From: Candidatus Latescibacterota bacterium
Lineage (GTDB): Bacteria > Latescibacterota > UBA2968
NCBI GenBank assembly: GCA_965116885.1
Contig: OZ220741.1
Span: 2,592,001 to 2,656,000 of the forward strand
DNA: 64,000 nucleotides
Direction of reading: 5' to 3'
The translations under genes were made by a program, and so were the position numbers. Positions 1 to 9,525 of this stretch are shown piece after piece. The notes beneath the pieces were generated by a model. The model worked only from the letters and a program-made list of their open reading frames with translations, was not told where the DNA came from and did not search any database. Position 1 is the first letter of the stretch. Every line of letters begins with the position of its first letter.

Positions 1-465
1 TTAAGCGGTGGGGAAAAAAGCCGCGTTCAGTTGGCCTGTTTGATGGTGTCTGGGGCCAATATGTTGCTATTGGATGAGCCAACCAATCATCTGGATATCG
101 CATCCCGCGAGCAGGTGGAAGATGCCCTTGAAGACTTTGATGGTACACTTATAGTGATTTCACACGATCGCTATTTTCTCGATAAAATTGCCGAGCGGGT
201 GATTGAGGTACGCGACCTGAATTTGGAATCCCATGTGGGCAATTTCTCAGATTTTTGGGCAAAATGGAGATCAGATAAAACGCCGGATGGAGAGTTCGAT
301 TCTGAGGTTGAAAAACAAATCGAGGTGTTGGAAGATGAAAAATTGCGATTGGAACGGGGGATGGCATCGGCTTTTGAAAAAAAAGATTTCAAACGAGGAG
401 ACCGCCTCAGCCGTCGATTGCGTCTGGTGGAACAGCAGATTGAAAATCTTTATGGGGCTTTGTAA
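1..465 (+). CDS. ABC-F family ATP-binding protein, C-terminal part (truncated by window start)
   Basis: Frame open from base 1: LSGGEKSR signature, LLLDEPTNHLD Walker B, VISHDRYFL H-loop, C-terminal coiled coil. Confidence 0.9.
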   Translation, partial: LSGGEKSRVQLACLMVSGANMLLLDEPTNHLDIASREQVEDALEDFDGTLIVISHDRYFLDKIAERVIEVRDLNLESHVGNFSDFWAKWRSDKTPDGEFDSEVEKQIEVLEDEKLRLERGMASAFEKKDFKRGDRLSRRLRLVEQQIENLYGAL

Positions 466-484
466 CATATTCTCGTGTTATAAG

Positions 485-516
485 AAAACACCGCAACAAA
501 TCTGCTGCGGTGTTTT
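485..516. terminator. Bidirectional intrinsic terminator
   Basis: AAAACACCGCA...TGCGGTGTTTT inverted repeat between convergent genes. Confidence 0.75.
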
Positions 517-540
517 TGTTTTAAGACTGTCTTGCCCTGT

Positions 541-846
541 TTATTCCAGATCTTTGAGGGGTATTGAGAGGGCGTCTCGAAGTATTTTGCCGGGTTTGAA
601 CCCGACTTTGCGTCGCGCAGGTACATAGACTTCTTCGCCCGTTCGGGGATTGCGTGCGCGAGGACGGGCATTGGTGCGTTTGACTTCCCAACTTCCAAAG
701 CCTCGAATTTCGATTCGTTCACCTTCGATGATAGCTTCTGCAAGAGTTTCAAAGAGTACATCTACGGCTTGTTTCGCCATTGTGTTTTTGCAATCAATTT
801 CATCTGCCAGTATTTTTGCCAGGTCTGCTTTGGTTATGGTTTGCAC
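541..846 (-). CDS. HU/IHF family DNA-binding protein
   Basis: TKADL, RIEIRGFGSW, RARNPRTGE, FKPGK motifs; GTG start. Confidence 0.93.
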   Translation of the reverse strand: MQTITKADLAKILADEIDCKNTMAKQAVDVLFETLAEAIIEGERIEIRGFGSWEVKRTNARPRARNPRTGEEVYVPARRKVGFKPGKILRDALSIPLKDLE

Positions 847-985
847 TCGCTACCCTCCACAAAAAATACCAAACGCATTGAACAATTCTATAAAATAAGG
901 CGTTTCAGGCGATTATCCAGAAAATAATGGAGTGATTTTTCATAAAAAAACGGCGACCTCGCTGGATGGTCACCGCGATGATTTA

Positions 986-1062
986 TGGTGGGCGCACAGG
1001 GACTCGAACCCCGGACCAACGGATTATGAGTCCGTCGCTCTAACCAACTGAGCTATGCGCCC
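986..1062 (-). tRNA. tRNA with CAT anticodon, probably tRNA-Ile2 (lysidine type); elongator Met not excluded
   Basis: Reverse strand GGGCGCATAGCTCAGTTGGTTAGAGCGACGGACTCATAATCCGTTGGTCCGGGGTTCGAGTCCCTGTGCGCCCACCA; cloverleaf with encoded CCA; lacks initiator features (G1-C72 paired, no three G-C pairs in anticodon stem). Confidence 0.9.
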
Positions 1063-1151
1063 TAAAGTTTAGTTTTGCTAATCCAACGCGAAAAACAAAG
1101 ATAAGGAACAGAGGTCAGTTATGCAACCGAAAATTAGACACCTTATAGAAG

Positions 1152-2924
1152 TTATTTTGGTTCAGCCATCGCTTTGCGCTGGGCAGTAAGGTGGCGATGT
1201 TTTTCCAGTGTGGCGTGCAGGTCGTCGGGAGAAAGCGGTTGGCGCAATTGATTTTCGAGCAGTTCGATTTCACTTTCGAGACTTTTGAGCTGGAACTTGT
1301 GAATATAATCTTGAATGGGAACATCGATGTTGGGATTCTCAATGCCGATTTCCAGAGATAGGTGGGTCAATATGCGACTTAAGCGATCATCGTTACACTG
1401 ATTGATGAGGTGTGCGATCTCGATGGGTTGTTTCTGCTGTCGGTTGCGGGCAATCAGAGTGGCGATTTGCCGGTAGGCACTATTTGTAAAATTTTCGGGA
1501 GAAATTTGACTGAATACGCTATCGGCAGTTTCGGGATGCTGCATCAGGAAGGTGAGCAATTCGCGCTCGGAACGGGGCCGCGTATCATAAGGTTCGGGTT
1601 CTGGTTGTCCATTTTGCGGTCTCGTGGTGCGGCGTTGTGTTTGGGCAATGCCAATGAGGATTTCTTCATCTATCCCGATTTTTTCGGCGATGTCTTTGAT
1701 GAGAAATTGTTTGAGGGCGTTGTCTGTGATGCGTCCAACGAGTTCGGCCAATGCGTTTGCTGTTCGGGTTTTGCCATCTATGGTGGAGAGGTCGTCGCGT
1801 TGGGCAAATTGTTCCATGAGGAAGTCGGTGGCGGGTGCGGCGTTTTCGGTGAGGCCCAGAAGGCCATCGGGTCCATGGGCGCGCACGTAGCTGTCGGGGT
1901 CGTGGTCTTCGGGCAGGGTGACAACGCGGACTTCGAGGCCCACTTCAAAGAGCGATCCGATCCCTCGCATTGCCGCGGTTGCTCCGGCGGTGTCGCCGTC
2001 GAAGATGAGTATGGTTTTGGGTGCATAACGTCTGACCAGGCGCGCCTGGTCGGTTGTGAGTGCTGTGCCAGAGGATGCGACCGCGTTTTCAATGTCGTAT
2101 TGCGATAGGGCAATGAGGTCCATATACCCTTCAACAACGAGTGCTACACCTGCATCGCGGATGGCATCTCTATTGCGCCACAAGCCGTACAGGGTAGCAC
2201 TTTTGTTGTACACAGGGGTTTCCGGAGAGTTGATGTATTTGGCCTGTTCGTTGGGGTCAAGGGCGCGCGCACCAAAAGCGACCGGGCGTCCTGTGGCGGC
2301 GTGAATGGGGAAGGTGATGCGATTGCGAAAGCGGTCGTAAAAGCCACCTCCTTTTTGCCTTGGTGTGACCAGACCGGCGCGTTCGAGTATTTGCGGAGAG
2401 AATCCCCGGCGGGTGGCGACTTGCAAGAAGCCATCCCATTGATCGGGCGCGTAACCGAGAGAAAAGGCATCGATTACGTCGCGGTTTATGCCGCGATTTT
2501 TGAGGTATGCCATTGCATCGGCGGCTTTCTCGTCCTGTGTGAGCAGGTGGTGAAAATATTTGACCGCGAGTTCATTGGCGCGGTAGAGTTGGTCAAAGAC
2601 TTCCTGCTGGTCCGGGTCTGCTGGCTTTGCATCGGGCAAGGCTATGCCCGCGCGATCGGCGAGTTGGCGAACGGCTTCGATAAAGCTGATGTTTTCTATG
2701 TCGCGGAGAAATGTAAAGCTGTTGCCGCCCGCACCGCAGGCAAAACACTTGTAGATCTGTTTTTCCTGCGAGACGTTTAAGGAGGGTGTGGAATCGTCGT
2801 GGAAGGGACACAGGCCGACAAAGCTTTTGCCCCGGCGGGTCAGCGCAACGTGATCGCCCACAACATCGACAATGTCGATAGACAGGCGCACTTGATCGAT
2901 GACAGGTTCTGGAATGCGCGGCAT
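1152..2924 (-). CDS. dnaG: DNA primase
   Basis: CPFH...CFAC zinc finger, KYINSPET, VEGYMD and FDGD TOPRIM motifs. Confidence 0.98.
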   Translation of the reverse strand: MPRIPEPVIDQVRLSIDIVDVVGDHVALTRRGKSFVGLCPFHDDSTPSLNVSQEKQIYKCFACGAGGNSFTFLRDIENISFIEAVRQLADRAGIALPDAKPADPDQQEVFDQLYRANELAVKYFHHLLTQDEKAADAMAYLKNRGINRDVIDAFSLGYAPDQWDGFLQVATRRGFSPQILERAGLVTPRQKGGGFYDRFRNRITFPIHAATGRPVAFGARALDPNEQAKYINSPETPVYNKSATLYGLWRNRDAIRDAGVALVVEGYMDLIALSQYDIENAVASSGTALTTDQARLVRRYAPKTILIFDGDTAGATAAMRGIGSLFEVGLEVRVVTLPEDHDPDSYVRAHGPDGLLGLTENAAPATDFLMEQFAQRDDLSTIDGKTRTANALAELVGRITDNALKQFLIKDIAEKIGIDEEILIGIAQTQRRTTRPQNGQPEPEPYDTRPRSERELLTFLMQHPETADSVFSQISPENFTNSAYRQIATLIARNRQQKQPIEIAHLINQCNDDRLSRILTHLSLEIGIENPNIDVPIQDYIHKFQLKSLESEIELLENQLRQPLSPDDLHATLEKHRHLTAQRKAMAEPK

Positions 2925-2977
2925 GTAAGGAACTCCCTGGGGAGAGGGAGACTGTAAACAGGTGTTGTAAGCTAATT

Positions 2978-4927
2978 TTAAGCTGGATCAACCCAATCGC
3001 CACCGGCGCGTATCAGGTCAATCAGTTCGTCAACCGCGCCTTCTGTGGGGATATTGCGTTTGACGATGTCTTTGCCCTTGTAGAGCGTGATTTTGCCAGG
3101 ACCACTGCCCACATAACCGTAATCGGCGTCGGCCATTTCACCGGGACCGTTGACAATGCAACCCATAATGCCAATTTTGACGCCTTTGAGGTGGTTGGTG
3201 TGGCTGCGAATCAGGGCGGTGGTTTCCTGCAGGTCGAACAGGGTGCGCCCGCACGAAGGACAGGATATGTATTCGGTTTTGGATATGCGGGTGCGCGTGG
3301 CTTGCAAGATGCCGAAGGCCGTGCGGGTAAGGGTGTGATCGTCTATTTGATCGGATGCTTCGAGCCACAGGCCATCGCCGAGGCCATCGACGAGCAGTCC
3401 GCCGCAGTCGGTGGCGGCGTAGAGCATGAAGGCATCATTGGTTGGGTGCATTGTTGCGCTATACGTTCGGCGGATGACTACGGGTATGTCGCAATGCCAA
3501 TCTGCAAGCAGGCAGAATGCGCGGCGCAGTTCGGGCATGGCGTGGGTGTTGTGGGTTTGCAGGATGAGTACTGCACAGGGATCGGCATTGAGCGCATGGA
3601 TAAGTGGTGCGTCGAGTTCGTCGAGTTCGGTACAGACAAAGGTGATGTGGTCGGCTGTGTGATTGGCTTGTAAGTATGCAGTTGCAGAAAAAATCGGGTA
3701 TGCGGTGGAAGCGGGCGACCAGGTCCGGGCATTTTGAATGACGCCGAGCGTGCCCGGTAGTTCAAAATTGAGGGTGCGATTGCCGGTGTAGATAAAGTCA
3801 ACGGCCATGTCGGCGATATGCCATTTGTCGAGTGCTGCGTCATACGAATACCCAAAAGGTTGCAGGGATTCGGGGGTGATGGTGCCCTGTGGGGTGGCAA
3901 TGACGATTGGGACACTCGGTTTGCCGATTTTTTCAATCTGTCGCGTTTCGCGGCGCGTGTACGAAAATGGATCGATATGGGATGTTTGAATTTCCGGTAT
4001 TGGCGCGTGGTCGCTGCGGTTGCGATAGCGGGCGACCAGTGTTTGCGCTACGGGGATTTCGGCTTCGGGTTCTTCGGTGAGGGAGACGCGAATGGTATCG
4101 CCCAGGCCGTCTTCGAGCAGCGCGCCTATGCCCACGGCCGATTTGATGCGTCCGTCTTCGCCATCGCCAGCTTCTGTGACGCCCAGATGGAGCGGATAGT
4201 TCATGTCTTCGGTCATCATTTTGTGTACGAGGAGACGGTAGGCTTGAACCATAATTTGCGGATTGCTGGCTTTCATGGAGAATACGATGTCGTGATAGTC
4301 GAGGTCACTGCATATTCGCGCAAATTCGAGTGCGGATTCGACCATGCCGAGCGGGGTGTCGCCAAACCTGCTCATAATGCGGTCTGAGAGCGATCCGTGG
4401 TTGGTGCCAATCCGCATGGCTGTGCCGTATTCTTTGCAGATTTTGACCAGTGGTGCGAATCTGCCGCGGATGCGCTGTAATTCTTCGGCGTATTGGGCAT
4501 CGGTGTATTCGATGATCTGAAATTTTTTTTTGTCGGCATAATTGCCGGGGTTTACGCGCACTTTTTCCACAATGCGAGCGGCGATTTCCGCGGCATTGGG
4601 GGTGTAGTGGATATCGGCTATCAGTGGGGTGTTGTAGCCCGCGGCTCTGAGTTTGTTTTGGATGTTTTCGAGGTTGCGGGCTTCGTTCTGGCTGGGTGCT
4701 GTTATGCGCACGTATTCACATCCGGCGCGGATCATGCGGATGGACTGGGCGACCGTGCCATCGGTGTCCATGGTATCGGTTGTGGTCATTGATTGCACGC
4801 GGATGGGATTGTCGCCGCCGAGTGGCACACCCCCGATATCGACTTCGCGGGTTTTGAAGCGGGCGTATTCCGTGAGCGAATTGCAATATTTGCCCGGGGA
4901 AACGAGCAGGTCACTGGTTATGGACAT
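2978..4927 (-). CDS. ispG: (E)-4-hydroxy-3-methylbut-2-enyl-diphosphate synthase, long three-domain form
   Basis: VQSMTTT, ADIH, RVNPGN, LHLGVTEAG, SCPSCGR and MGCIVNGPGE motifs; 649 aa with insertion domain. Confidence 0.97.
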   Translation of the reverse strand: MSITSDLLVSPGKYCNSLTEYARFKTREVDIGGVPLGGDNPIRVQSMTTTDTMDTDGTVAQSIRMIRAGCEYVRITAPSQNEARNLENIQNKLRAAGYNTPLIADIHYTPNAAEIAARIVEKVRVNPGNYADKKKFQIIEYTDAQYAEELQRIRGRFAPLVKICKEYGTAMRIGTNHGSLSDRIMSRFGDTPLGMVESALEFARICSDLDYHDIVFSMKASNPQIMVQAYRLLVHKMMTEDMNYPLHLGVTEAGDGEDGRIKSAVGIGALLEDGLGDTIRVSLTEEPEAEIPVAQTLVARYRNRSDHAPIPEIQTSHIDPFSYTRRETRQIEKIGKPSVPIVIATPQGTITPESLQPFGYSYDAALDKWHIADMAVDFIYTGNRTLNFELPGTLGVIQNARTWSPASTAYPIFSATAYLQANHTADHITFVCTELDELDAPLIHALNADPCAVLILQTHNTHAMPELRRAFCLLADWHCDIPVVIRRTYSATMHPTNDAFMLYAATDCGGLLVDGLGDGLWLEASDQIDDHTLTRTAFGILQATRTRISKTEYISCPSCGRTLFDLQETTALIRSHTNHLKGVKIGIMGCIVNGPGEMADADYGYVGSGPGKITLYKGKDIVKRNIPTEGAVDELIDLIRAGGDWVDPA

Positions 4928-4948
4928 TGGTCGTCTCTGTAATTGTGA

Positions 4949-5012
4949 GTAGGTGCGGGTTTCGAGCGATGTACAACTGGTCGCTTCTCAGACCAGTTCA
5001 ACCCGTCTCTAC
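4949..5012. repeat. GTAG-type REP-like hairpin with nested inner hairpin
   Basis: GTAGGTGCGGGTT...AACCCGTCTCTAC outer arms enclosing AACTGGTC...GACCAGTT; overlaps cvpA stop. Confidence 0.6.
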
Positions 5013-5617
5013 TTGGATTCCTCAAGCATTTCGTTGATTTTTTTTCGCGCTTTACCGGCTTCTTCGTTGATTTTTTCAATCAGAGGAGGCGTTTTTTCGA
5101 TCTGAATGCCCAGTGCTTCGAGCAGGGTTTTTACGTTGGGAAACATGGCCTGTACACCATCCGCAATCACCCGAGCAGATTTTTGAAGCGGTGCGCCTAA
5201 GGCGGAGTTGTCGATGAATTCGGGCACGCGGCTATGGATGGGCTTTGCATGTAAAAATATGGCGATCAGACCCAAAATCAATGCGCCTTGAGCCAGCCCC
5301 AGAGCAATGCCACCAAATGCGTCAATTGCGCCGAGGGGCGAGGCACGCAACATTCCGTGAAGGGTGCGACCGAGATAATAGCAGGCGGCCAGGACGCCCG
5401 CAAATACCACAAAGAACCCGATTAGCGCGGTGCCCGTGCCGAGGTCTTCTGTTGTTTCGAACAAAGCGCGCGCAGTCGTTTCGCCATAAGTGAGGGCAAA
5501 ACCATAAGCCAATATCACGCTGAGTAGCATGATGAGGCTTTGTACCAGCCCAATTTGCCATCCTTTTCGAGCGAACCAGAAGAGGCCAAGGGCAAAAATG
5601 AGATCGACGATGTTCAT
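5009..5617 (-). CDS. cvpA: CvpA (colicin V production) family membrane protein
   Basis: N-terminal MNxVD, four hydrophobic segments, D..GG..LG motif; typical neighbour of rpsU. Confidence 0.8.
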   Translation of the reverse strand: MNIVDLIFALGLFWFARKGWQIGLVQSLIMLLSVILAYGFALTYGETTARALFETTEDLGTGTALIGFFVVFAGVLAACYYLGRTLHGMLRASPLGAIDAFGGIALGLAQGALILGLIAIFLHAKPIHSRVPEFIDNSALGAPLQKSARVIADGVQAMFPNVKTLLEALGIQIEKTPPLIEKINEEAGKARKKINEMLEESK

Positions 5618-5641
5618 TTGAAGTGCAAAATGGGAATGGAT

Positions 5642-5678
5642 AAAAAAAAGCGATAGCCACCCTGAGTGATTATCGCTT
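5642..5678 (-). terminator. Intrinsic terminator after rpsU
   Basis: AAGCGATA...TATCGCTT stem with A-run (U-tract on minus strand). Confidence 0.65.
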
Positions 5679-5700
5679 AATTCGAATAATTGCGAAAGAC

Positions 5701-5898
5701 TTAGCGGGTGTATTGCTGGTCCAATTTGATCCGCTTGCGTCTTGCTGCGGCAATTTTGCGTTTCCGACGTTCACTCGGTTTTTCAAAGTGCTGATTTTTC
5801 TTCATGTCGGAAATAACACCGGCTTTTTCGCAGGCCTTTTTGAACCGTTTGAGTGCTCTTTCAAACGGCTCGTCGTCACGTACGAGGACACCAGGCAT
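5701..5898 (-). CDS. rpsU: 30S ribosomal protein S21
   Basis: MPGVLVRDDEPFERALKRFKK...FEKPSERRKRK; start reassigned to ATG at 5898. Confidence 0.96.
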   Translation of the reverse strand: MPGVLVRDDEPFERALKRFKKACEKAGVISDMKKNQHFEKPSERRKRKIAAARRKRIKLDQQYTR

Positions 5899-6163
5899 GC
5901 CGGGACTCACCCCTTTCTTTGGAGAATGTGATGAATTACCAAAACGAATTTCAATATAACATATAAAATGTCCCGCACTTTTGCAACCCGTTTTTCCCGC
6001 GTCGCCCAACTCAGAATTTGCTCGCTACAAAAAACGTCTTTGTTCATTTCAAGGCGTGTTTTATTTTTAATGCGGAAATAGTGGGACTTTGGTTTTGAAT
6101 GGGAACTCAAAAAAGTGTCGGGCGTTTTGGGTGAGGGGAAGGAACGCCAGATGGAGGGGCGAA

Positions 6164-7441
6164 ATGCAGTTAACAAATAAAAATAAGATCGATGACAAGC
6201 TCAAAGATTTACACTTACGCCTGGCCAGCCAGAGTTTTTTAACGGCTTATTTTTTTCTTTTGGCGGTTATTATTGTCACCGCTTTTCTCATTTATACCCA
6301 GCTTTACGTGGTGCAACCCATGCGGCAAGAAGCCAGGCGTATGGGAGAGTTCTATGCATTTATGCAGAGCGTGGCTGCGTTGGATACAATTGAGGTCAAG
6401 GGATTTTATAAGGATGTCATTTTTGATACTGTCCAGAATCCCAATTTCCCAGTTGTAATCACAGACGAACAGGGTCTTCCCCGATACTGGAAAGCGGTTG
6501 GCATTCCCTTTGATGACCACAGTCCGGAAATTCTGGGTAAGGTGATGGACAAGGCTTACGCGCTCGATCAAGAAAATGACCCGTTGCCATTTGAATGGCC
6601 CCTCAAGAAGGAACCGGAAATCTGGCATTTGCACTGGGGTGCGTCCGCGCTGGAGAAGCGTTTGAATTGGTTGCCCTGGGTCGTTTTTGGGGTGACAATC
6701 GTATTTACTGGGGGTGGATATCTCGGATTTCGGTATATTAAGAACAGAGAACAGCGATCTATCTGGGTGGGGATGGCTCGGGAAACAGCCCATCAGTTGG
6801 GAACGCCGCTGTCTTCGCTGTACGGTTGGTTGGCGTTGTTGAAGGACGAGTTGGATGCAGAGGGTGATAAAGAGAGCAGTCAAAGGCTGAAAAATATCCT
6901 GGGAGAAATGGATCGGGATACGAGTCGATTGGACAAGATCGCTTCTCGTTTTAGTCTGATTGGTTCCACGCCCGAATTGCGATTGGATCGGGTGCGCGAT
7001 GTGGTGGCTGAAACAGCGGGTTATCTGCGCGCACGCTTGCCGGAGAACGTGCAAATTGTAGAGGAATTGGACGATGTGCCGGTTGTTCCGCTCAATCGAG
7101 AACTTTTGGGGTGGGCGTTTGAAAATCTTTTCAGGAATGCCGCCGATGCGATGGAGGGGAGAGGCGGCCGCATTGATGTATCGTCGCGTCTGGAGGAACA
7201 CCGGGTGGTTATTGAGGTGCGCGATACGGGAAAGGGCATGCCTTCGCATATGTTTAAGCAAGTTTTTTTGCCGGGTACCAGCACTAAAAAACGCGGGTGG
7301 GGACTCGGCCTGGCATTTGTGAAACGCATTGTGGAAGACTATCACAGTGGAAAAGTATATATCAAAGAAAGTGTGCTGGATCGGGGTACGACATTTGTCG
7401 TCTTGCTGCCTTTGTCTCCGGCAGATTTAGATGACTCCTAA
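6164..7441 (+). CDS. Membrane sensor histidine kinase
   Basis: Two TM segments, ETAHQLGTPLSSL H-box, ENLFRNA N-box, DTGKG and GWGLGL G-boxes; ATG after GGAGG. Confidence 0.93.
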   Translation: MQLTNKNKIDDKLKDLHLRLASQSFLTAYFFLLAVIIVTAFLIYTQLYVVQPMRQEARRMGEFYAFMQSVAALDTIEVKGFYKDVIFDTVQNPNFPVVITDEQGLPRYWKAVGIPFDDHSPEILGKVMDKAYALDQENDPLPFEWPLKKEPEIWHLHWGASALEKRLNWLPWVVFGVTIVFTGGGYLGFRYIKNREQRSIWVGMARETAHQLGTPLSSLYGWLALLKDELDAEGDKESSQRLKNILGEMDRDTSRLDKIASRFSLIGSTPELRLDRVRDVVAETAGYLRARLPENVQIVEELDDVPVVPLNRELLGWAFENLFRNAADAMEGRGGRIDVSSRLEEHRVVIEVRDTGKGMPSHMFKQVFLPGTSTKKRGWGLGLAFVKRIVEDYHSGKVYIKESVLDRGTTFVVLLPLSPADLDDS

Positions 7442-7464
7442 TCCTTTATCAATCAACAAAAGAG

Positions 7465-9039
7465 GTGCATGTGAATCAAACACAGGAAGCCAAGCAGATT
7501 TTGTGGGCGGATGACGAGATCGATTTGTTGCGACCCCATCAAATTTTTCTCAAAGATCGGGGATATGATATAACCCCTGTGACCAATGGCGACGATGCTA
7601 TTGCCCTGGTGCAGAAGCGCGGATTTGATGCGGTATTGCTCGATGAGATGATGGCTGGACGAGATGGGTTGTCAACTCTGGCTGCGATTAAGGATATCAA
7701 TCCGCATATTCCGGTTATTATGATTACGAAAAACGAAGAAGAACGGTTGATGGAACAGGCTATTGGACAGCGGATTGACGACTATTTGACCAAGCCCGTG
7801 AATCCGAGTCAGATTTTGCTGGCGTGCAAAAAATTGCTCGACGCACGTCAAATTCAAAAAGACCGCATGGGGCTGGACTATGCGGCTGCATCCAACAGGT
7901 TGCGCGAATCTCTGATATTGGCTGAGTCCTGGCGAGATTGGATTGATCTTCATGTGCGCCTGTCTGAGTGGGATTTGGAATTGGACCGCTTTTACGATCC
8001 GGGCTTGCGCACCATGCACGACGATTTGCGCAGCGCCTGCAATTTGGGGTTTGGCAAGTTTGTAGAGGACAATTACAGCCAATGGGTGCAAGATGAAGAG
8101 GATTCTCCCACGCTTTCTGTGGATATTGTATCCGAATTTGTCGCGCCCTATGTGCAAGATGGGCAACAGGTGTTTTTTGTGGTGGTCGATTGTATGCGAT
8201 TGGATCACTGGCTTGCCATTTTGCCGTTGTTGTCCGATATTTTTGATATTGAGCAACACTACCATTACTCTATTTTGCCCACTGCGACGCCGTATTCTCG
8301 GAATGCCATTTTTAGCGGCCTTTTTCCCATTGACCTCGCGGTTTTGTATCCAGATGAGTGGCAGGTGGCGCGTGACGACGACATGAGTCGCAACCGACAC
8401 GAACACCAATTGCTCGATCAACAACTCGCAGAAATTGATCCAGAATTGAATTTGGATACGCGCTATGTCAAAATACTGGATATTGCAGAGGGCAACCGGC
8501 TGGCGAAGAAGGTGCATTCGTACCGGTCTTTTCCGCTTATGGCAGTTGTGGTCAATTTTTTGGATATGCTCACGCACGGTCGTTCCGAATCCGAATTGTT
8601 GCAAGAAATGGCGCCCAATGAGCCTGCCTATCGGTCTTTGACGCGGTCGTGGTTCTCGCATTCTTCTCTTTTTGAGATGTTGCGCAAGCTGTCCGAGACC
8701 GATTCGACAGTGGTGTTGACGACAGATCACGGCTGTATGCTGAGTGCGCGGGCTTCTCTGGCTTATGGCAATCGGGATACTTCGACGGGGATTCGTTTCA
8801 AATACGGCAAAAATTTGCGATGCGATAACCGCCACGCGATGCATATTCGAGATCCCGAGGCTTTTGGTCTGCCGAGTGTGGGGCAAGGGACCAATTACAT
8901 TATTTGCAGGGAAGATTACTTTTTTGTGTATCCCACCAATTTCAATGAGTACCAGGCCAAATACGCCAATAGTTTTCAACACGGGGGAATCTCCCTCGAA
9001 GAGTGTATTTTGCCGGTTGCCATTATGCGCGGGAAATGA
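7465..9039 (+). CDS. PorX-like response regulator (receiver + PglZ/alkaline-phosphatase-superfamily domain)
   Basis: ILWADDE...LLDEMM...KP receiver; DCMRLD, LPTATPYSRNAIFSG, TTDHG, FQHGGIS PglZ motifs; followed by tsaE. Confidence 0.9.
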   Translation: MHVNQTQEAKQILWADDEIDLLRPHQIFLKDRGYDITPVTNGDDAIALVQKRGFDAVLLDEMMAGRDGLSTLAAIKDINPHIPVIMITKNEEERLMEQAIGQRIDDYLTKPVNPSQILLACKKLLDARQIQKDRMGLDYAAASNRLRESLILAESWRDWIDLHVRLSEWDLELDRFYDPGLRTMHDDLRSACNLGFGKFVEDNYSQWVQDEEDSPTLSVDIVSEFVAPYVQDGQQVFFVVVDCMRLDHWLAILPLLSDIFDIEQHYHYSILPTATPYSRNAIFSGLFPIDLAVLYPDEWQVARDDDMSRNRHEHQLLDQQLAEIDPELNLDTRYVKILDIAEGNRLAKKVHSYRSFPLMAVVVNFLDMLTHGRSESELLQEMAPNEPAYRSLTRSWFSHSSLFEMLRKLSETDSTVVLTTDHGCMLSARASLAYGNRDTSTGIRFKYGKNLRCDNRHAMHIRDPEAFGLPSVGQGTNYIICREDYFFVYPTNFNEYQAKYANSFQHGGISLEECILPVAIMRGK

Positions 9040-9048
9040 TTGAGCACT

Positions 9049-9495
9049 ATGTCGTCAGATAGAACGATCACACAGGTGTCTTCATCACCTGATCAAACAC
9101 ATCGGTTTGGACGCGACCTCGCGGCTCGGCTCGAGCCGGGCGATTGCGTTGCGCTCACAGGAGATTTAGGTAGTGGTAAAACTTGTTTTGCACAGGGTGT
9201 TTGTGCGGGCTTGAATGTGACTGATTATGTGACGAGTCCAACTTTTGTAATCGTCAATGAATATGCGGGGGTCTCGCCCGATGGAAAGCCTATGCCGGTG
9301 TATCATTTTGATCTTTATCGGTTGGGCAGTCCCGACGAACTCTATGAGATTGGGTGTGATGATTTATTTTTTGGCGAGGGTGTGTGTTTGATTGAGTGGG
9401 CAGATTTGGGGGGCGATTTGATTCCCGACCATGCCATTGATGTGCATTTTGCCCATGCAGGGGAGATGGTTCGGAATCTGACGATTGAATTGTAG
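9049..9495 (+). CDS. tsaE: tRNA threonylcarbamoyladenosine biosynthesis ATPase
   Basis: GDLGSGKT, VTSPTF, HFDLYRL, LIEW motifs. Confidence 0.96.
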   Translation: MSSDRTITQVSSSPDQTHRFGRDLAARLEPGDCVALTGDLGSGKTCFAQGVCAGLNVTDYVTSPTFVIVNEYAGVSPDGKPMPVYHFDLYRLGSPDELYEIGCDDLFFGEGVCLIEWADLGGDLIPDHAIDVHFAHAGEMVRNLTIEL

Positions 9496-9525
9496 CGTCA
9501 TTCGGTCAGACCGGGAGGGCGTGAC

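Noticed and set aside
986..1062. tRNA as an integration site
   Set aside because: Flanked by housekeeping genes; no integrase or duplicated tRNA 3' end seen.
6239..7345. 368 aa antisense ORF
   Set aside because: Shadow of the histidine kinase gene.
7672..8982. 436 aa antisense ORF
   Set aside because: Shadow of the PorX-like gene with no recognisable motifs.
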